Assembly: GCA_964573625.1 (NCBI GenBank)
Contig: CAZNJU010000001.1
Location: 673,510 to 737,509 of the forward strand
DNA length: 64,000 nucleotides
Source of the DNA: Candidatus Woesearchaeota archaeon
GTDB taxonomy: Archaea; Nanobdellota; Nanobdellia; Pacearchaeales; GW2011-AR1
Direction of reading: 5' to 3'
A model generated the notes under the pieces. The model had not been told where the DNA came from. It saw only the letters and a list, made by a program, of their open reading frames with translations, and made no database searches. A program made the position numbers and the translations under genes. The number at the start of each line of letters is the position of its first letter. The stretch's first letter is position 1. This document shows positions 53,508-63,764 of the stretch, piece after piece.

Positions 53508-55055
53508 ATGGATACACCTGCTAATTATATTCGAGGCATCTTTGTTTTTTCGGTATTTTTCCTTTCCGTTCTAGCATTTGCTTCTGCAGGACCAACAAGC
53601 ATTGATGTTGACTCATGTGGCTTGCTTGATCAACCAAATATGATCTATAACATTATTGCAGATATCAATAGCAATGATACGACCTGTCTTATCATAAGTG
53701 GAGACGGAATATTCCTTAATGGCCACGGATATAAAATCACAAGCTCTGTACCTAACGCAACAGCGATTTTAATCACTGGGAATGGAGTGATTGTAACTCA
53801 AGCAAACATAAGTGAATTTGCACAAGGCATTGTAGCCCAAAACGTGAACCTTCCATTCATCGACTCATCATACTTTTCAGATATAATTGACACAAGTATC
53901 ATTTTTGAAGGCGTCTCCCGAGGAAACGTCCAAAGCAACACATTTACATCGAGCCCATTCCAACAAAGAGGGATGATAGCCTTCATAGCAAGGGGCAACT
54001 CAGAAGGTAGCATATTCAAAAATAACCAAGTGAGAAACATGGATTCAGGTGTACTCCTTGAAGATGTTTCAAATGCCGATGTTAGCCATAACTCATTCAA
54101 TAAGACAAAAGCACCAATAGTGATTATCGGTGGATCAAACATGCGTATTGAAAGCAACCAATTAGAAAAGAGTGCAACAGCTATCAATCTCAAACATAAT
54201 ACAAACAGTAGAATAAACAACAATGCAATATATGCAACCTCTATCTTTGGAATAATTTCCGAAAATGTTTCAGGAAATGAATATATGAATAACGCTTTCA
54301 TGAGTTCATCCGTATACTTTGATAACTCTGACAATAATACCTTCAGCAATACTTCCCTTATAGGAAACGACAACACACTCGATATTCAAAGCTCAACAAA
54401 TACAGTAATAATCGACAGCGCATTTGGAATATATAATCTGGTTACGAGCTCATTTACATTCATACGTTCAAATTTCGGAAGTATTCAATTCAATCAGGAT
54501 GTAACTTCTGCAGGTAATTCTTTCAGCGATACATTCAATTTTGAAAATAACAGACTAGTCTTTTTCAGCAATGATACAAGTCTTGATCTTGCTGCGCAAG
54601 TAACTCTCTATAATATTGTACAAGGTCAACAAAACTATCGCATTCTTAATAGTACTGAGGCATGCTCCGGCTGTACAAACCTCACACAGCTAAGCGCTGC
54701 AAGTTGGACGTTCATCATTCCGGGATTTGGAGATTATTCAATTGCAAGTGACGCTGTTTCTGGTGGTGGAGGTGGCGGAGGCAGTCATCGACGTACAAAT
54801 AGCACTACTCCAACAACAGGCACAAATCAAACAATTATTCCTTTGAGCAATCCGTCAAGTTTTAATCAAACAACAAGCGGTAAAACAGACGATGATTCAA
54901 ATGATCAGTTAGATCAAAACGTTGGAGGAAGTATTACTGGAGCAGTTATAGGTACCCTAAAGCGACCAGGTTTCTTCATTCCACTTATATTCATTGTAGG
55001 ATTAATCGCTGCATTTGTCGCTATGCAATACCGTTCTCGAAAGAACGCTAAATAA
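53508..55055 (+). CDS. secreted right-handed parallel beta-helix (PbH1/NosD-like) repeat protein with poly-Gly linker and PGF-containing C-terminal TM anchor
   Basis: signal peptide; N-terminal C..L......Y.L..DI.....CL.I..DG....NG.G pattern; SGGGGGGGS; ...KRPGFFIPLIFIVGLIAAFVAMQYRSRKNAK. Confidence 0.55.
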   Translation: MDTPANYIRGIFVFSVFFLSVLAFASAGPTSIDVDSCGLLDQPNMIYNIIADINSNDTTCLIISGDGIFLNGHGYKITSSVPNATAILITGNGVIVTQANISEFAQGIVAQNVNLPFIDSSYFSDIIDTSIIFEGVSRGNVQSNTFTSSPFQQRGMIAFIARGNSEGSIFKNNQVRNMDSGVLLEDVSNADVSHNSFNKTKAPIVIIGGSNMRIESNQLEKSATAINLKHNTNSRINNNAIYATSIFGIISENVSGNEYMNNAFMSSSVYFDNSDNNTFSNTSLIGNDNTLDIQSSTNTVIIDSAFGIYNLVTSSFTFIRSNFGSIQFNQDVTSAGNSFSDTFNFENNRLVFFSNDTSLDLAAQVTLYNIVQGQQNYRILNSTEACSGCTNLTQLSAASWTFIIPGFGDYSIASDAVSGGGGGGGSHRRTNSTTPTTGTNQTIIPLSNPSSFNQTTSGKTDDDSNDQLDQNVGGSITGAVIGTLKRPGFFIPLIFIVGLIAAFVAMQYRSRKNAK

Positions 55056-55056
55056 G

Positions 55057-55626
55057 TTAGCTATTCCACTTCTTTCTATTTTCGAGCGCTCGTTTAACTA
55101 CTGCATCTATTCTTTTTGCACGTGTTGCAGGCTGTTTCGCCCCCAAAATCCATCGATAATACGTTCGAGTATATGACGGAGGAAACGTCTTGAAAATCGT
55201 TTCAGCCGCAGGATTCTCTTTCAAAGCTTTCTTAAGATCGACTGGCATGGTCGGATTTTTGGGAATTCCTGCGTCATGCGTTGGCTTTGCAAGACCTTCT
55301 TTATACATCTGCAATCCATAGGAGGACATTTTTCCCTCTGCAATGAGTCTTTTTGCGTAGCCTAGTGTCGCATCACTCCATTTGCTATTCTTGTTCCTTC
55401 GTGCAAATCTCCGCATGTATCTGTCTTCATCCAAACGCTTTATCGTGGTATCGATCCACCCAAAACATATCGCTTCATCCATCGATTCTTTGTGTGTCAG
55501 CGAAGGCTTGCCTGTGTGTTTTTTGTATTTAATAAGTGCAACCTTAGTTTCTTTTAGGTGATTCTTCTCGAGCCACGCCCTCCATTCATCCTTATTTTTA
55601 GCGTAAACTGTTTTCTCAGAGTCCAT
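55057..55626 (-). CDS. YdeI/OmpD-associated (bacteriocin-protection) family protein
   Basis: W.AWL..NH......L.......G......E...EAICFGWID pattern. Confidence 0.6.
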   Translation of the reverse strand: MDSEKTVYAKNKDEWRAWLEKNHLKETKVALIKYKKHTGKPSLTHKESMDEAICFGWIDTTIKRLDEDRYMRRFARRNKNSKWSDATLGYAKRLIAEGKMSSYGLQMYKEGLAKPTHDAGIPKNPTMPVDLKKALKENPAAETIFKTFPPSYTRTYYRWILGAKQPATRAKRIDAVVKRALENRKKWNS

Positions 55627-55713
55627 GGCTTACGAAAGCAAATGCTGTTTTTAATTCTTTCACGCACTGTTAAAGTGCAGAAGATTTTTAAAGCGCCTGT
55701 AACTTTCACTAAC

Positions 55714-56511
55714 ATGTCATCAATGATTGAGGTAAGAGGTTTAGTAAAAAAGTTCAAAAAATTCAAAGCAGTGGATAAAATTTCATTTACTGTCCAAAAG
55801 GGAGAGATCTTTGCTTTCCTAGGTCCAAATGGAGCAGGCAAGACTACTACTATACGAATGCTTACAACTATGCTCCAACCAAGCGCTGGTAAAATATCAA
55901 TTAACGGTTTTGACCCACTAGTTCAGCAACAAAAAGTAAGATCTTCTTTTGGTATCGTCTTTCAGGACTTCAGTCTGGACAATGAGTTGACTGCTCTCGA
56001 AAATCTCAAGTTCCACGCAGCCTTGTATGGTGTCGAGAGAAAAATAGCTAGAGAGAGAATAGAGCACCTGTTAAAATTAGTCGAATTGTGGGACAGAAGA
56101 AACAATTTTGTTAAAACTTTCTCAGGCGGAATGAAACGAAGGCTTGAGATAGCGCGCGGTCTCATTCATCATCCTACTATCCTTTTTCTTGATGAGCCTA
56201 CACTCGGACTTGACCCTCAAACCAGAAACAAAATGTGGGATTATGTAAAAAAGCTTAACGATGAAGAAAAAATGACTGTTTTCTTTACGACGCACTATAT
56301 GCACGAAGCAGAAAAATATGCTGATAAAATCGGAATAATTGACCATGGAAAGATATTAACTATCGGTACATCAAGTCAATTAACGAAAAAAACGAACACA
56401 CGTTCCTTGGAAGAAGCGTTTCTAAAACTTACCGGACACAATATACGGGAAGAAAGTGGTAGTAGTATTGATAAATTTAGGGCAGCTGCAAAATCCTGGG
56501 GGAACAGATGA
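55714..56511 (+). CDS. ABC transporter ATP-binding protein (ABC-2 type)
   Basis: Walker A GPNGAGKTT, signature LSGGMKRRLEIA, Walker B ILFLDEPT; start moved to MSSMIEVRGL. Confidence 0.85.
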   Translation: MSSMIEVRGLVKKFKKFKAVDKISFTVQKGEIFAFLGPNGAGKTTTIRMLTTMLQPSAGKISINGFDPLVQQQKVRSSFGIVFQDFSLDNELTALENLKFHAALYGVERKIARERIEHLLKLVELWDRRNNFVKTFSGGMKRRLEIARGLIHHPTILFLDEPTLGLDPQTRNKMWDYVKKLNDEEKMTVFFTTHYMHEAEKYADKIGIIDHGKILTIGTSSQLTKKTNTRSLEEAFLKLTGHNIREESGSSIDKFRAAAKSWGNR

Positions 56512-57257
56512 CGAACGCGCTTTATGTAATGTGGCTAAGACAATTGATAAGATACTGGAGAACTAGATCAAGAATAATTGGCTCACTAGCTCAGCCTGTT
56601 TTATTTCTAGTTGCTCTTGGGTTTGGTTTGGGCCCTATATATTCAAAAGCAGGCGGCGGAGACTATATACAGTTTTTAGCACCAGGTATAATTGGGATGA
56701 GTATTCTGTTTACCGCAATGTTTTCAGGCATGGAAGTAATATGGGACAGACAACTAGGGTTCCTAAAAGAAACACTCGTTTCTCCATCTTCACGATTCAG
56801 TGTATTTATTGGAAGAACTTTGGGAGGAGCCACCGTTGCGCTTATACAAGGAATTGTTCTCCTTATTATCACTATGTTGTTAGGATTCAGACCCGTTAGT
56901 TTGACGCTTCTTCCGCTAGCTTTAGTATTCATGTTCCTTTTAGCCTACGTATTTACAGCGTTAGGAACAGCACTTGCAAGTAAAGTGCAGGACATGCAAG
57001 CGTTTCCATTAATCATGAACTTCATTATTATGCCTGTTTTCTTTCTATCCGGAGCGTTATATCCTTTAGAATCAGCGCCTACGACCATAAAAACCATAGC
57101 ACTCTTCGACCCGCTTTCCTATCAAATAGATGCACTTAGACAGATATTGACAAATACGTCTCACTTCGGGTTAGCAATTGACTTAGGTATTACGATAATG
57201 TGTGCCGCTCTCGTAACCCTTCTCGGAATTTATCTCTTTAATAGAGTTGAAGTTTAA
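56508..57257 (+). CDS. ABC-2 family transporter permease
   Basis: 6 TM, 4-nt overlap with the ATPase gene. Confidence 0.75.
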   Translation: MTNALYVMWLRQLIRYWRTRSRIIGSLAQPVLFLVALGFGLGPIYSKAGGGDYIQFLAPGIIGMSILFTAMFSGMEVIWDRQLGFLKETLVSPSSRFSVFIGRTLGGATVALIQGIVLLIITMLLGFRPVSLTLLPLALVFMFLLAYVFTALGTALASKVQDMQAFPLIMNFIIMPVFFLSGALYPLESAPTTIKTIALFDPLSYQIDALRQILTNTSHFGLAIDLGITIMCAALVTLLGIYLFNRVEV

Positions 57258-57334
57258 AATTTCTATTAAACGTGTAACCTATGTATACATTTCCAGACAA
57301 TAATCATTATAAATGAAGATAAGATGAATGGACG

Positions 57335-58069
57335 ATGGTAGTTAATTTCAAAACACTCTTTCCAGTTTCAAAACCTATAATCGGAATGATTCATCTCGCT
57401 GGAAGAGATTCTAATGAAAAAGCAAGACGTGCACTCGAAGAGTTAGCTATTTATCAAGAAGAGGGTGTAGATGGTGCAATTATAGAAGATTATCATGGGC
57501 ACACTTTGGATGTTCGTAGAGTTTTATTTGAAAGTTCTCAAGAAAGAATTAGGGGCCTGGACATTGTTCGCGGAGTTAATGTGCTTAAAAATCCGTTCGC
57601 AGCGTTTGAATATGCAAAAAATTCTGGAGCCAAGTTTATTCAATTAGATAGCATTCAAGGACATGGTTTCAACAGTAATTTATATGCCTTAAATCGAAGA
57701 GCGTTTCCAGATATATCCGTTCTCGGAGGAGTTCGTTTCAAATACCAGGATCCAACAGGCCATACTTTAGAGGAAGATATTGCAGAAGGAAGATCACGAT
57801 GTGATGCGGTTGTTACGACAGGCGACGGAACCGGAATAGAAACGCCTATTGTAAAATTACAGGAATTTAGAAAAAATCTAGATACTTTTCCATTATTAGT
57901 CGGTGCAGGTGTGACTGCTGAGAACGTAACTGATCAACTTCTAGTTGCAGATGGAGCAATCGTAGGAAGTTACTTTAAACCAGACAAAGATACAGAACTT
58001 CCCGTAGATAGAAAAAGAGTGCGAGAGTTCATGGATGTAGTCAGATATATTAGAAAAAATTATTCTTGA
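57335..58069 (+). CDS. BtpA/SgcQ family TIM-barrel protein
   Basis: KPIIGMIHLAG...EEGVDGAIIEDYHG matches the BtpA family N-terminus. Confidence 0.65.
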   Translation: MVVNFKTLFPVSKPIIGMIHLAGRDSNEKARRALEELAIYQEEGVDGAIIEDYHGHTLDVRRVLFESSQERIRGLDIVRGVNVLKNPFAAFEYAKNSGAKFIQLDSIQGHGFNSNLYALNRRAFPDISVLGGVRFKYQDPTGHTLEEDIAEGRSRCDAVVTTGDGTGIETPIVKLQEFRKNLDTFPLLVGAGVTAENVTDQLLVADGAIVGSYFKPDKDTELPVDRKRVREFMDVVRYIRKNYS

Positions 58070-58117
58070 AGTAAGATACAAAGGTTTAAATTCCCCCAAA
58101 TAAAGACAAGAAGATAG

Positions 58118-58159
58118 GTGCGGGGGGATAGATCCCTAAGTTCTAACCCCCTCCCGCAC
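58118..58159. terminator. GC-rich imperfect hairpin between convergent genes
   Basis: gtgcgggggg-(20-nt loop)-cccctcccgcac followed by ttattataataatt. Confidence 0.4.
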
Positions 58160-58174
58160 TTATTATAATAATTC

Positions 58175-58702
58175 TTAGTTTGTTGCACGTCTCTTAATAT
58201 CTCTGCGCATCAAACGTATATCTCGCGGGGAAACTGTTGAGATAGGGTCGGGAATATATATCGTGTTCTTTTTACCAGTAGTCTTATCAGGCTCAGGTTT
58301 CTTTGGTCGTGGTATGGTAAGCAATTTCTTAGGAATAGTAAAATTGTGAACTGCATAAAAGAGGGGAACTTCACGTTTAAAGAAATATTCAAACATCCTG
58401 CCCTTTGTAAAGGAGAAGAAAAGCTCATTTTTAGGAGTTATTTTTCCACCATCGGGCTCAACGAAAGAAACATCTCCAAATAGGTACTCTTCTCGAGGAA
58501 GTCCTTGAGATGTTGAGAACTCAACCAAGGTTTCAATGCTAAGACCTATACGAGGACCAGTATAGAGCACCGTTGAAGAGTCATTGAAAGATTCGCCTCT
58601 AAAACGTGCTTCACGAACGTGATGATATATGTTAAGAGCAAGTTTCTCTATATAAGGCGCAATAGGTTCAGAGTATTTCTCTCGGGGAAACAATTCAACC
58701 AT
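58175..58702 (-). CDS. hypothetical protein (last gene of the gyrase operon)
   Basis: 175-aa ORF 35 nt downstream of gyrA on the same strand. Confidence 0.45.
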   Translation of the reverse strand: MVELFPREKYSEPIAPYIEKLALNIYHHVREARFRGESFNDSSTVLYTGPRIGLSIETLVEFSTSQGLPREEYLFGDVSFVEPDGGKITPKNELFFSFTKGRMFEYFFKREVPLFYAVHNFTIPKKLLTIPRPKKPEPDKTTGKKNTIYIPDPISTVSPRDIRLMRRDIKRRATN

Positions 58703-58736
58703 CTAAATAAGGAAAAAGAGGAGTTTAAAAGAATTA

Positions 58737-61262
58737 CTATTCAGACGTTTCAACTTCTTCGGCAAGAGGAACTTTGACAACGTCTGCAACTTTGTCGCCT
58801 TCCTTAAGCTTAACAACATGAACGCCCTGTGTGGCGCGACCCATAACACGAAGATCTTTCATGGAAACGCGAATAATCATTCCTTTTGTGGTAGTAACCA
58901 TAATCGAGTCCTTATCATCAACTGAGAGAGATGCGACAACCGGTCCTGTCTTTTCGTTCACGTTAAGATTTATGACTCCCTTTGCTCCACGCGAGGTCTT
59001 ACGATACTCCTCAAGCTCAGATCGTTTACCGAGACCTTTCTGAGCAATAGTAAGAATAGTTGTTTTACCATCTTTAGGCAATGACTCCATAGAAACAACT
59101 TCATCGCTCTTTGCAAGCTCAGCGCCCTTTACACCATATGACGCACGACCCATTGGACGAACTTCATCCGTAGTAAATCGTATTGCCTGTCCTTTAGAGG
59201 TGCAAAGCATGACTTCTTGTGTATCTTCTACACGTCGAACATCAATCACTACATCACTTCCATCTGCAGGCAGATTCATAATTCTTACACCCGTGCTTCG
59301 CGGCTTAGCAAGGTCTTTCAGAGGAAGTTTCTTAACCATCCCTAGTTTAGTAGCAAACATCAAGTACCCTTGCTCAAAATCTTTTAGAGACATAACTTGG
59401 GCAATTTTCTCATCTCTGATATCTAACACATTCACAAGCGCCTTGCCTCGACCTTGACGTTCAGCCATAGGGACGTCATTTGCCTTTAGCCAGAATACAC
59501 GTCCGCGTGTGGTAAAGAACAACAAGTAATCGTGTGTCGAACAGGTCACCATCGTACGAACGAAGTCTTCTTCCTTCAAATCAGCACCCGTAACTCCTGA
59601 TCCGCCTCTGCGTTGCTCTCTATACGTCTTAACATCGACACGCTTAATGTATCCTCCTTCAGTAAGCATAACTACCACGTCTTTCTTCTCAATCAAATCT
59701 TTCTCAGAAATTTCAGCCACTCGTTTAAGCACTTGGGTTCTACGTTCATCACCAAACTTCTTCTTAAGCTCTTGAACTTCTTTCTTGATTACGCCAAAGA
59801 TCTCCTGATCACTTCCCAATAGCTTTTTCAAATAAGCAATTAATTCCTTCAATTCTTTCTCCTCATCTCTCAGTTTAGTGTCCTCAAGTCGTGTAAGTTG
59901 CTGTAATCGTGTTTCAAGAACGGCTTTAGCCTGTCGAGTTGTAAGCCCGAACTTTTTCATAAGCCCTTCGTGGGCAGCCTGGCCGTTCTCAGATTTCTTG
60001 ATGAATTCAACGATCTCATCAATTTTTTTAAGAGCGATAATTAATCCTAGAACGATTTCAAGGCGGTCTTCAGCCTTTTTCAACTCAAAATTGCTTCTGT
60101 TCGTAACAACGTGCTTTCGATATTTTACATATTCTTCAATGATTTCTTTAAGATTAAGAACTCGAGGTTTCCCACCAACAAGTGCAAGCATATTAGCGTC
60201 GAAGCTATCCTGTAATCGTGTCAACGTGTAAAGTTTGTTAATAGTAAATTTAGGGCTTGCATCTTTCTTCAATTCAATAACTATACGAATGTTGCCTTTT
60301 GCAGATTCATCACGCAAGTCAGAAACATCAGGCAATTTCTTTTCAGTAGCGAGTTTAGCAATACTCGTAACTAAATCAGCTTTGTTAACCATGTAAGGAA
60401 TCTCGGTAATAACGATAGAAGTACGTCCTTTATGCTCTTCCTGCTTTATAGCTCCACGCATAATGAGTCTTCCCTTACCTGTACGATACATTTCACGAAT
60501 ACCCTCTCCACTGACAGTACCTCCCGTTGGGAAATCAGGACCTGTAACGACTTCCATCAAATCTTCAACTGTAACAGTCGGCTTGTTAATATATGCGACA
60601 ATAGCATCAGCCACTTCAGTCAGGTTGTGAGGAGGCATATTTGTCGCCATACCAACTGCAATACCTGTTGCGCCATTCAAGAGTAAATTAGGTAGCATTC
60701 CGGGAAGAGTTTGTGGTTCTTCTACAGAATTGTCATAATTAGGATTCATCTTGACAGTTTCTTTATCCATGTCCGCAAGAAGTTCGCCAGCGATCTTGCT
60801 TAATTTTGCTTCAGTATATCTGTCAGCTGCTGGTGAGTCTCCATCAAGTGAGCCGAAGTTTCCCTGGCCGTGAACCAGAGGATATCGTAATGAGAAATCC
60901 TGTGCCATTCTGACAAGTGCATCATACAAAGCTAGATTACCATGTGGGTGGAACTTACCCATAGTCTCTCCAACAATACGTGCAGACTTCATGGTAGGTT
61001 TACTTGGATCAAGCCCAAGAACATGCATAGCGTACAAAATACGTCTGTGTACTGGCTTCAAACCATCTTCAACTGCAGGTAACGCGCGATCAACAATAAC
61101 CGACATCGCGTAGTCAATAAAAGATTGTTCCATCTCTTGAACGATTTCAGCGCCAGCCACACCTTTTTCATTACCTATCTGAGATTTAGCGCGGCGCTGT
61201 GCTTCCATAGCATCTAGCTTATCTTCAGTTTCATTCTCGTGATTTTCTTTCTTATCGCTCAT
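58737..61262 (-). CDS. gyrA: DNA gyrase subunit A
   Basis: active-site region AAMRYTE-equivalent ([10 protein letters not shown]), GyrA box, six C-terminal beta-pinwheel repeats. Confidence 0.95.
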   Translation of the reverse strand: MSDKKENHENETEDKLDAMEAQRRAKSQIGNEKGVAGAEIVQEMEQSFIDYAMSVIVDRALPAVEDGLKPVHRRILYAMHVLGLDPSKPTMKSARIVGETMGKFHPHGNLALYDALVRMAQDFSLRYPLVHGQGNFGSLDGDSPAADRYTEAKLSKIAGELLADMDKETVKMNPNYDNSVEEPQTLPGMLPNLLLNGATGIAVGMATNMPPHNLTEVADAIVAYINKPTVTVEDLMEVVTGPDFPTGGTVSGEGIREMYRTGKGRLIMRGAIKQEEHKGRTSIVITEIPYMVNKADLVTSIAKLATEKKLPDVSDLRDESAKGNIRIVIELKKDASPKFTINKLYTLTRLQDSFDANMLALVGGKPRVLNLKEIIEEYVKYRKHVVTNRSNFELKKAEDRLEIVLGLIIALKKIDEIVEFIKKSENGQAAHEGLMKKFGLTTRQAKAVLETRLQQLTRLEDTKLRDEEKELKELIAYLKKLLGSDQEIFGVIKKEVQELKKKFGDERRTQVLKRVAEISEKDLIEKKDVVVMLTEGGYIKRVDVKTYREQRRGGSGVTGADLKEEDFVRTMVTCSTHDYLLFFTTRGRVFWLKANDVPMAERQGRGKALVNVLDIRDEKIAQVMSLKDFEQGYLMFATKLGMVKKLPLKDLAKPRSTGVRIMNLPADGSDVVIDVRRVEDTQEVMLCTSKGQAIRFTTDEVRPMGRASYGVKGAELAKSDEVVSMESLPKDGKTTILTIAQKGLGKRSELEEYRKTSRGAKGVINLNVNEKTGPVVASLSVDDKDSIMVTTTKGMIIRVSMKDLRVMGRATQGVHVVKLKEGDKVADVVKVPLAEEVETSE

Positions 61263-61522
61263 CGTTTTTTACCTTTACCTTTTTTTGTAGCTGTTTTTTT
61301 AGCCGCCTTTTTAGCAGGTTTTTTGCCTGTTTTTAGAGTACTCATTTTTAATGTTGGAACTTCTTCAATCTTCGCGCTACTACCTGTGACCACATCTTCT
61401 TCTGGAAAATCATTACCACAATAGAAGCATTCTTTACACATCATCTGTCCGCTTGAAGGCTCTGCTATAACGACATTATCGCTTCCACACTGTGGACAGT
61501 ATTGTTTTTTAATCAAACTCAT
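61259..61522 (-). CDS. small C4 zinc-ribbon protein with Lys/Ala-rich histone-like tail
   Basis: CPQCGS...CKECFYCGN then [21 protein letters not shown]; 2 nt after the gyrB stop; 4-nt overlap with the gyrA start. Confidence 0.55.
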   Translation of the reverse strand: MSLIKKQYCPQCGSDNVVIAEPSSGQMMCKECFYCGNDFPEEDVVTGSSAKIEEVPTLKMSTLKTGKKPAKKAAKKTATKKGKGKKR

Positions 61523-61524
61523 GG

Positions 61525-63411
61525 TTAAATGTCAATCTGCGCTTCATGCGCTTTAGAGACAATAAATTGCTTTCTCGGTTCAACTTCAGAACCCATAAGA
61601 ATAGAAAATATACGATCTGCTTCGACAGCATCTTCTACAATGACTTTATTCAATAATCGTTCCTTAGGATCCATAGTTGTTTCCCAAAGTTGTTCTGGGT
61701 TCATTTCTCCAAGACCTTTGAAACGCTGAACGGTTGCGTTTCCTAGATCTCCGACAAGCTTCTTAAGTTCTTCTTCCGAATACACATAGTAATCTTTCTT
61801 TTTACGGACTTTGTATAAAGGAGAAACAGCAATATACAAATTGCCCTGTTCGATTATAGGTTTCATAAATCTATAGAAGAACGTGAGCAAGAGTGTACGA
61901 ATGTGTGCACCGTCAACATCTGCATCAGTCATAATCACGACTTTAGAATATCGTAGCTTCTCAAGATTGAACTGATCGCCAACGCCTGTTCCAATTGCCG
62001 TAATAAGATTAGCAATTTCTTCGCTTGAGAACACTTTAGCAATGTTAGCTTTCTCAACGTTCAAAATTTTACCTTTTAATGGTAAAATCGCCTGAAATTC
62101 TTTATTACGTGCCTGTTTAGCGCTTCCACCTGCAGAATCTCCTTCCACAATGAACAACTCAGTATCTTCACTTGATTTCTTAGAGCAATCAGCAAGTTTA
62201 CCTGGCAATCCACCGATGCTAAATGCATTCTTTCTTCTCACGAGATCCTTGGCTTTCTTAGCTGCTTCTCGAGCTTTCTGGGCCTCGAGTGCTTTAGCAA
62301 CAATACGACGCGCAATAGGTGGATTTTCTTCAAAAAATTCGGAAAGAGACGCAAAAGAGATTTTCTCAACAATTCCTTTAACATCGGTATTACCTAACTT
62401 TGTTTTAGTCTGTCCTTCAAATTGTGGTTCAGGAACTTTTACAGATACAATTGCCGTCAACCCTTCACGAACATCTTCGCCAGTCACCCCTTCATCCTTT
62501 ACAAGTTTGTTTTTCTTAGCATATTCATTTATCGCTCTTGTTAAGGCAGTTCTGAATCCAGCCACGTGAGTCCCACCTTCAACAGTATTAATTGTGTTAA
62601 CGAAACTCATAATATTTTCCTGATATCCGTTATTATACTGAACAGAACACTCTGCAACAATCTTATCTTCTTCTTTGATAAAGTAAACTGGTTTGTGTAA
62701 CGGTTCTTTCGTCTCGTTCACCCATTTAACGAATTCAATCAATCCACCTTCATAATGGAACGTCTCCTGCTTTTGTGAGACAACATCTTTCAAAATTATT
62801 TTAAGTCCTTTGTTTAAAAACGCAATCTCTCTGAACCGTGTCTCAAGCACAGTATAATCAAACTTAGTTGTTGAAAAAATAGTATCATCTGGATAGAATT
62901 GAACTTCCGTTCCATGTTCGCTCTTATCACATTCGCCAATAACCTTGACAGGATGTAAAGGCTTGCCGATTTTATACTCTTGTTGATGTATCTTTCCACC
63001 TTTCTTTACAGTAACTCGCATATGTTTGGAAAGTGCTGCAACAACGCTAATACCTACTCCGTGTAATCCTCCAGAAACCTTGTAACTATCTTTGTCGAAT
63101 TTACCTCCTGCATGTAATCGTGTAACAACGACTTCAAGAGCAGGTACTTTATAGACAGGGTGCGGCTCGACAGGAATACCTCTTCCATTATCCGTTACAG
63201 TCACGCTGCCATCTTTATTGATAGAAACAAGAATAGTATCGCAATGGCCGCCCATAGCCTCATCTACAGAGTTATCAACAATTTCATAAACGAGGTGGTG
63301 TAATCCGCCCTTACCAGTACTTCCAATATACATCGCAGGGCGCAGTCGAACACCTTCAAGGCCCTCTAGAACCTTAATATTTGAAGCCTCGTACTTTTTC
63401 GCATCACTCAT
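61525..63411 (-). CDS. gyrB: DNA gyrase subunit B
   Basis: GHKL ATPase motifs (DNGRGIP, GLHGVG), TOPRIM EGDSAGGSAKQ, PLKGKILNVEKA. Confidence 0.95.
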   Translation of the reverse strand: MSDAKKYEASNIKVLEGLEGVRLRPAMYIGSTGKGGLHHLVYEIVDNSVDEAMGGHCDTILVSINKDGSVTVTDNGRGIPVEPHPVYKVPALEVVVTRLHAGGKFDKDSYKVSGGLHGVGISVVAALSKHMRVTVKKGGKIHQQEYKIGKPLHPVKVIGECDKSEHGTEVQFYPDDTIFSTTKFDYTVLETRFREIAFLNKGLKIILKDVVSQKQETFHYEGGLIEFVKWVNETKEPLHKPVYFIKEEDKIVAECSVQYNNGYQENIMSFVNTINTVEGGTHVAGFRTALTRAINEYAKKNKLVKDEGVTGEDVREGLTAIVSVKVPEPQFEGQTKTKLGNTDVKGIVEKISFASLSEFFEENPPIARRIVAKALEAQKAREAAKKAKDLVRRKNAFSIGGLPGKLADCSKKSSEDTELFIVEGDSAGGSAKQARNKEFQAILPLKGKILNVEKANIAKVFSSEEIANLITAIGTGVGDQFNLEKLRYSKVVIMTDADVDGAHIRTLLLTFFYRFMKPIIEQGNLYIAVSPLYKVRKKKDYYVYSEEELKKLVGDLGNATVQRFKGLGEMNPEQLWETTMDPKERLLNKVIVEDAVEADRIFSILMGSEVEPRKQFIVSKAHEAQIDI

Positions 63412-63494
63412 TTCAGATGTGAAAATGAAACGCCCTTTAAAAACCTTTCCGTCAAAAAATCGATTTTACCGACGATAAATAAGCATTAAGAGAT

Positions 63495-63761
63495 TTACTT
63501 CTTTTTAGAAACTTTCTTTGCAGGAGCAGGCGTTACGTCAGCAGCAGCTTGTTTTCTAACTTCAGCAGCTGCGTGTTTTTCACGAGTTTCACGGAAAGCA
63601 ACAGTCCATTTGAGCTTTCTTTTGTCTCGTCCAAGTTTCAAATGATTCTTTCTACACTTAGAAGAACAGTAGTAAACGATGTTTCCATCATTCTTTATCA
63701 AATACGTTCCTAAATAATCCTCTTGTTCACATCCACAGAATACACACGTTGCAAGAGCCAT
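63495..63761 (-). CDS. rpl24e: 50S ribosomal protein L24e
   Basis: C.FCG...C4 zinc motif ...YYCSSKCRKNHLKLGRDKRKLKWT. Confidence 0.9.
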   Translation of the reverse strand: MALATCVFCGCEQEDYLGTYLIKNDGNIVYYCSSKCRKNHLKLGRDKRKLKWTVAFRETREKHAAAEVRKQAAADVTPAPAKKVSKKK

Positions 63762-63764
63762 TAG

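Noticed and set aside
55558-55713. N-terminal extension of the ABC ATPase ORF
   Set aside because: It overlaps the divergent YdeI-like gene and contains no ABC motifs. The start was moved to MSSMIEVRGL.
58071-58174. Possible tRNA in the intergenic region
   Set aside because: The hairpin is only about 42 nt and lacks a cloverleaf or T-loop (GTTCRA) consensus. No tRNA-like sequence was seen in any intergenic region.
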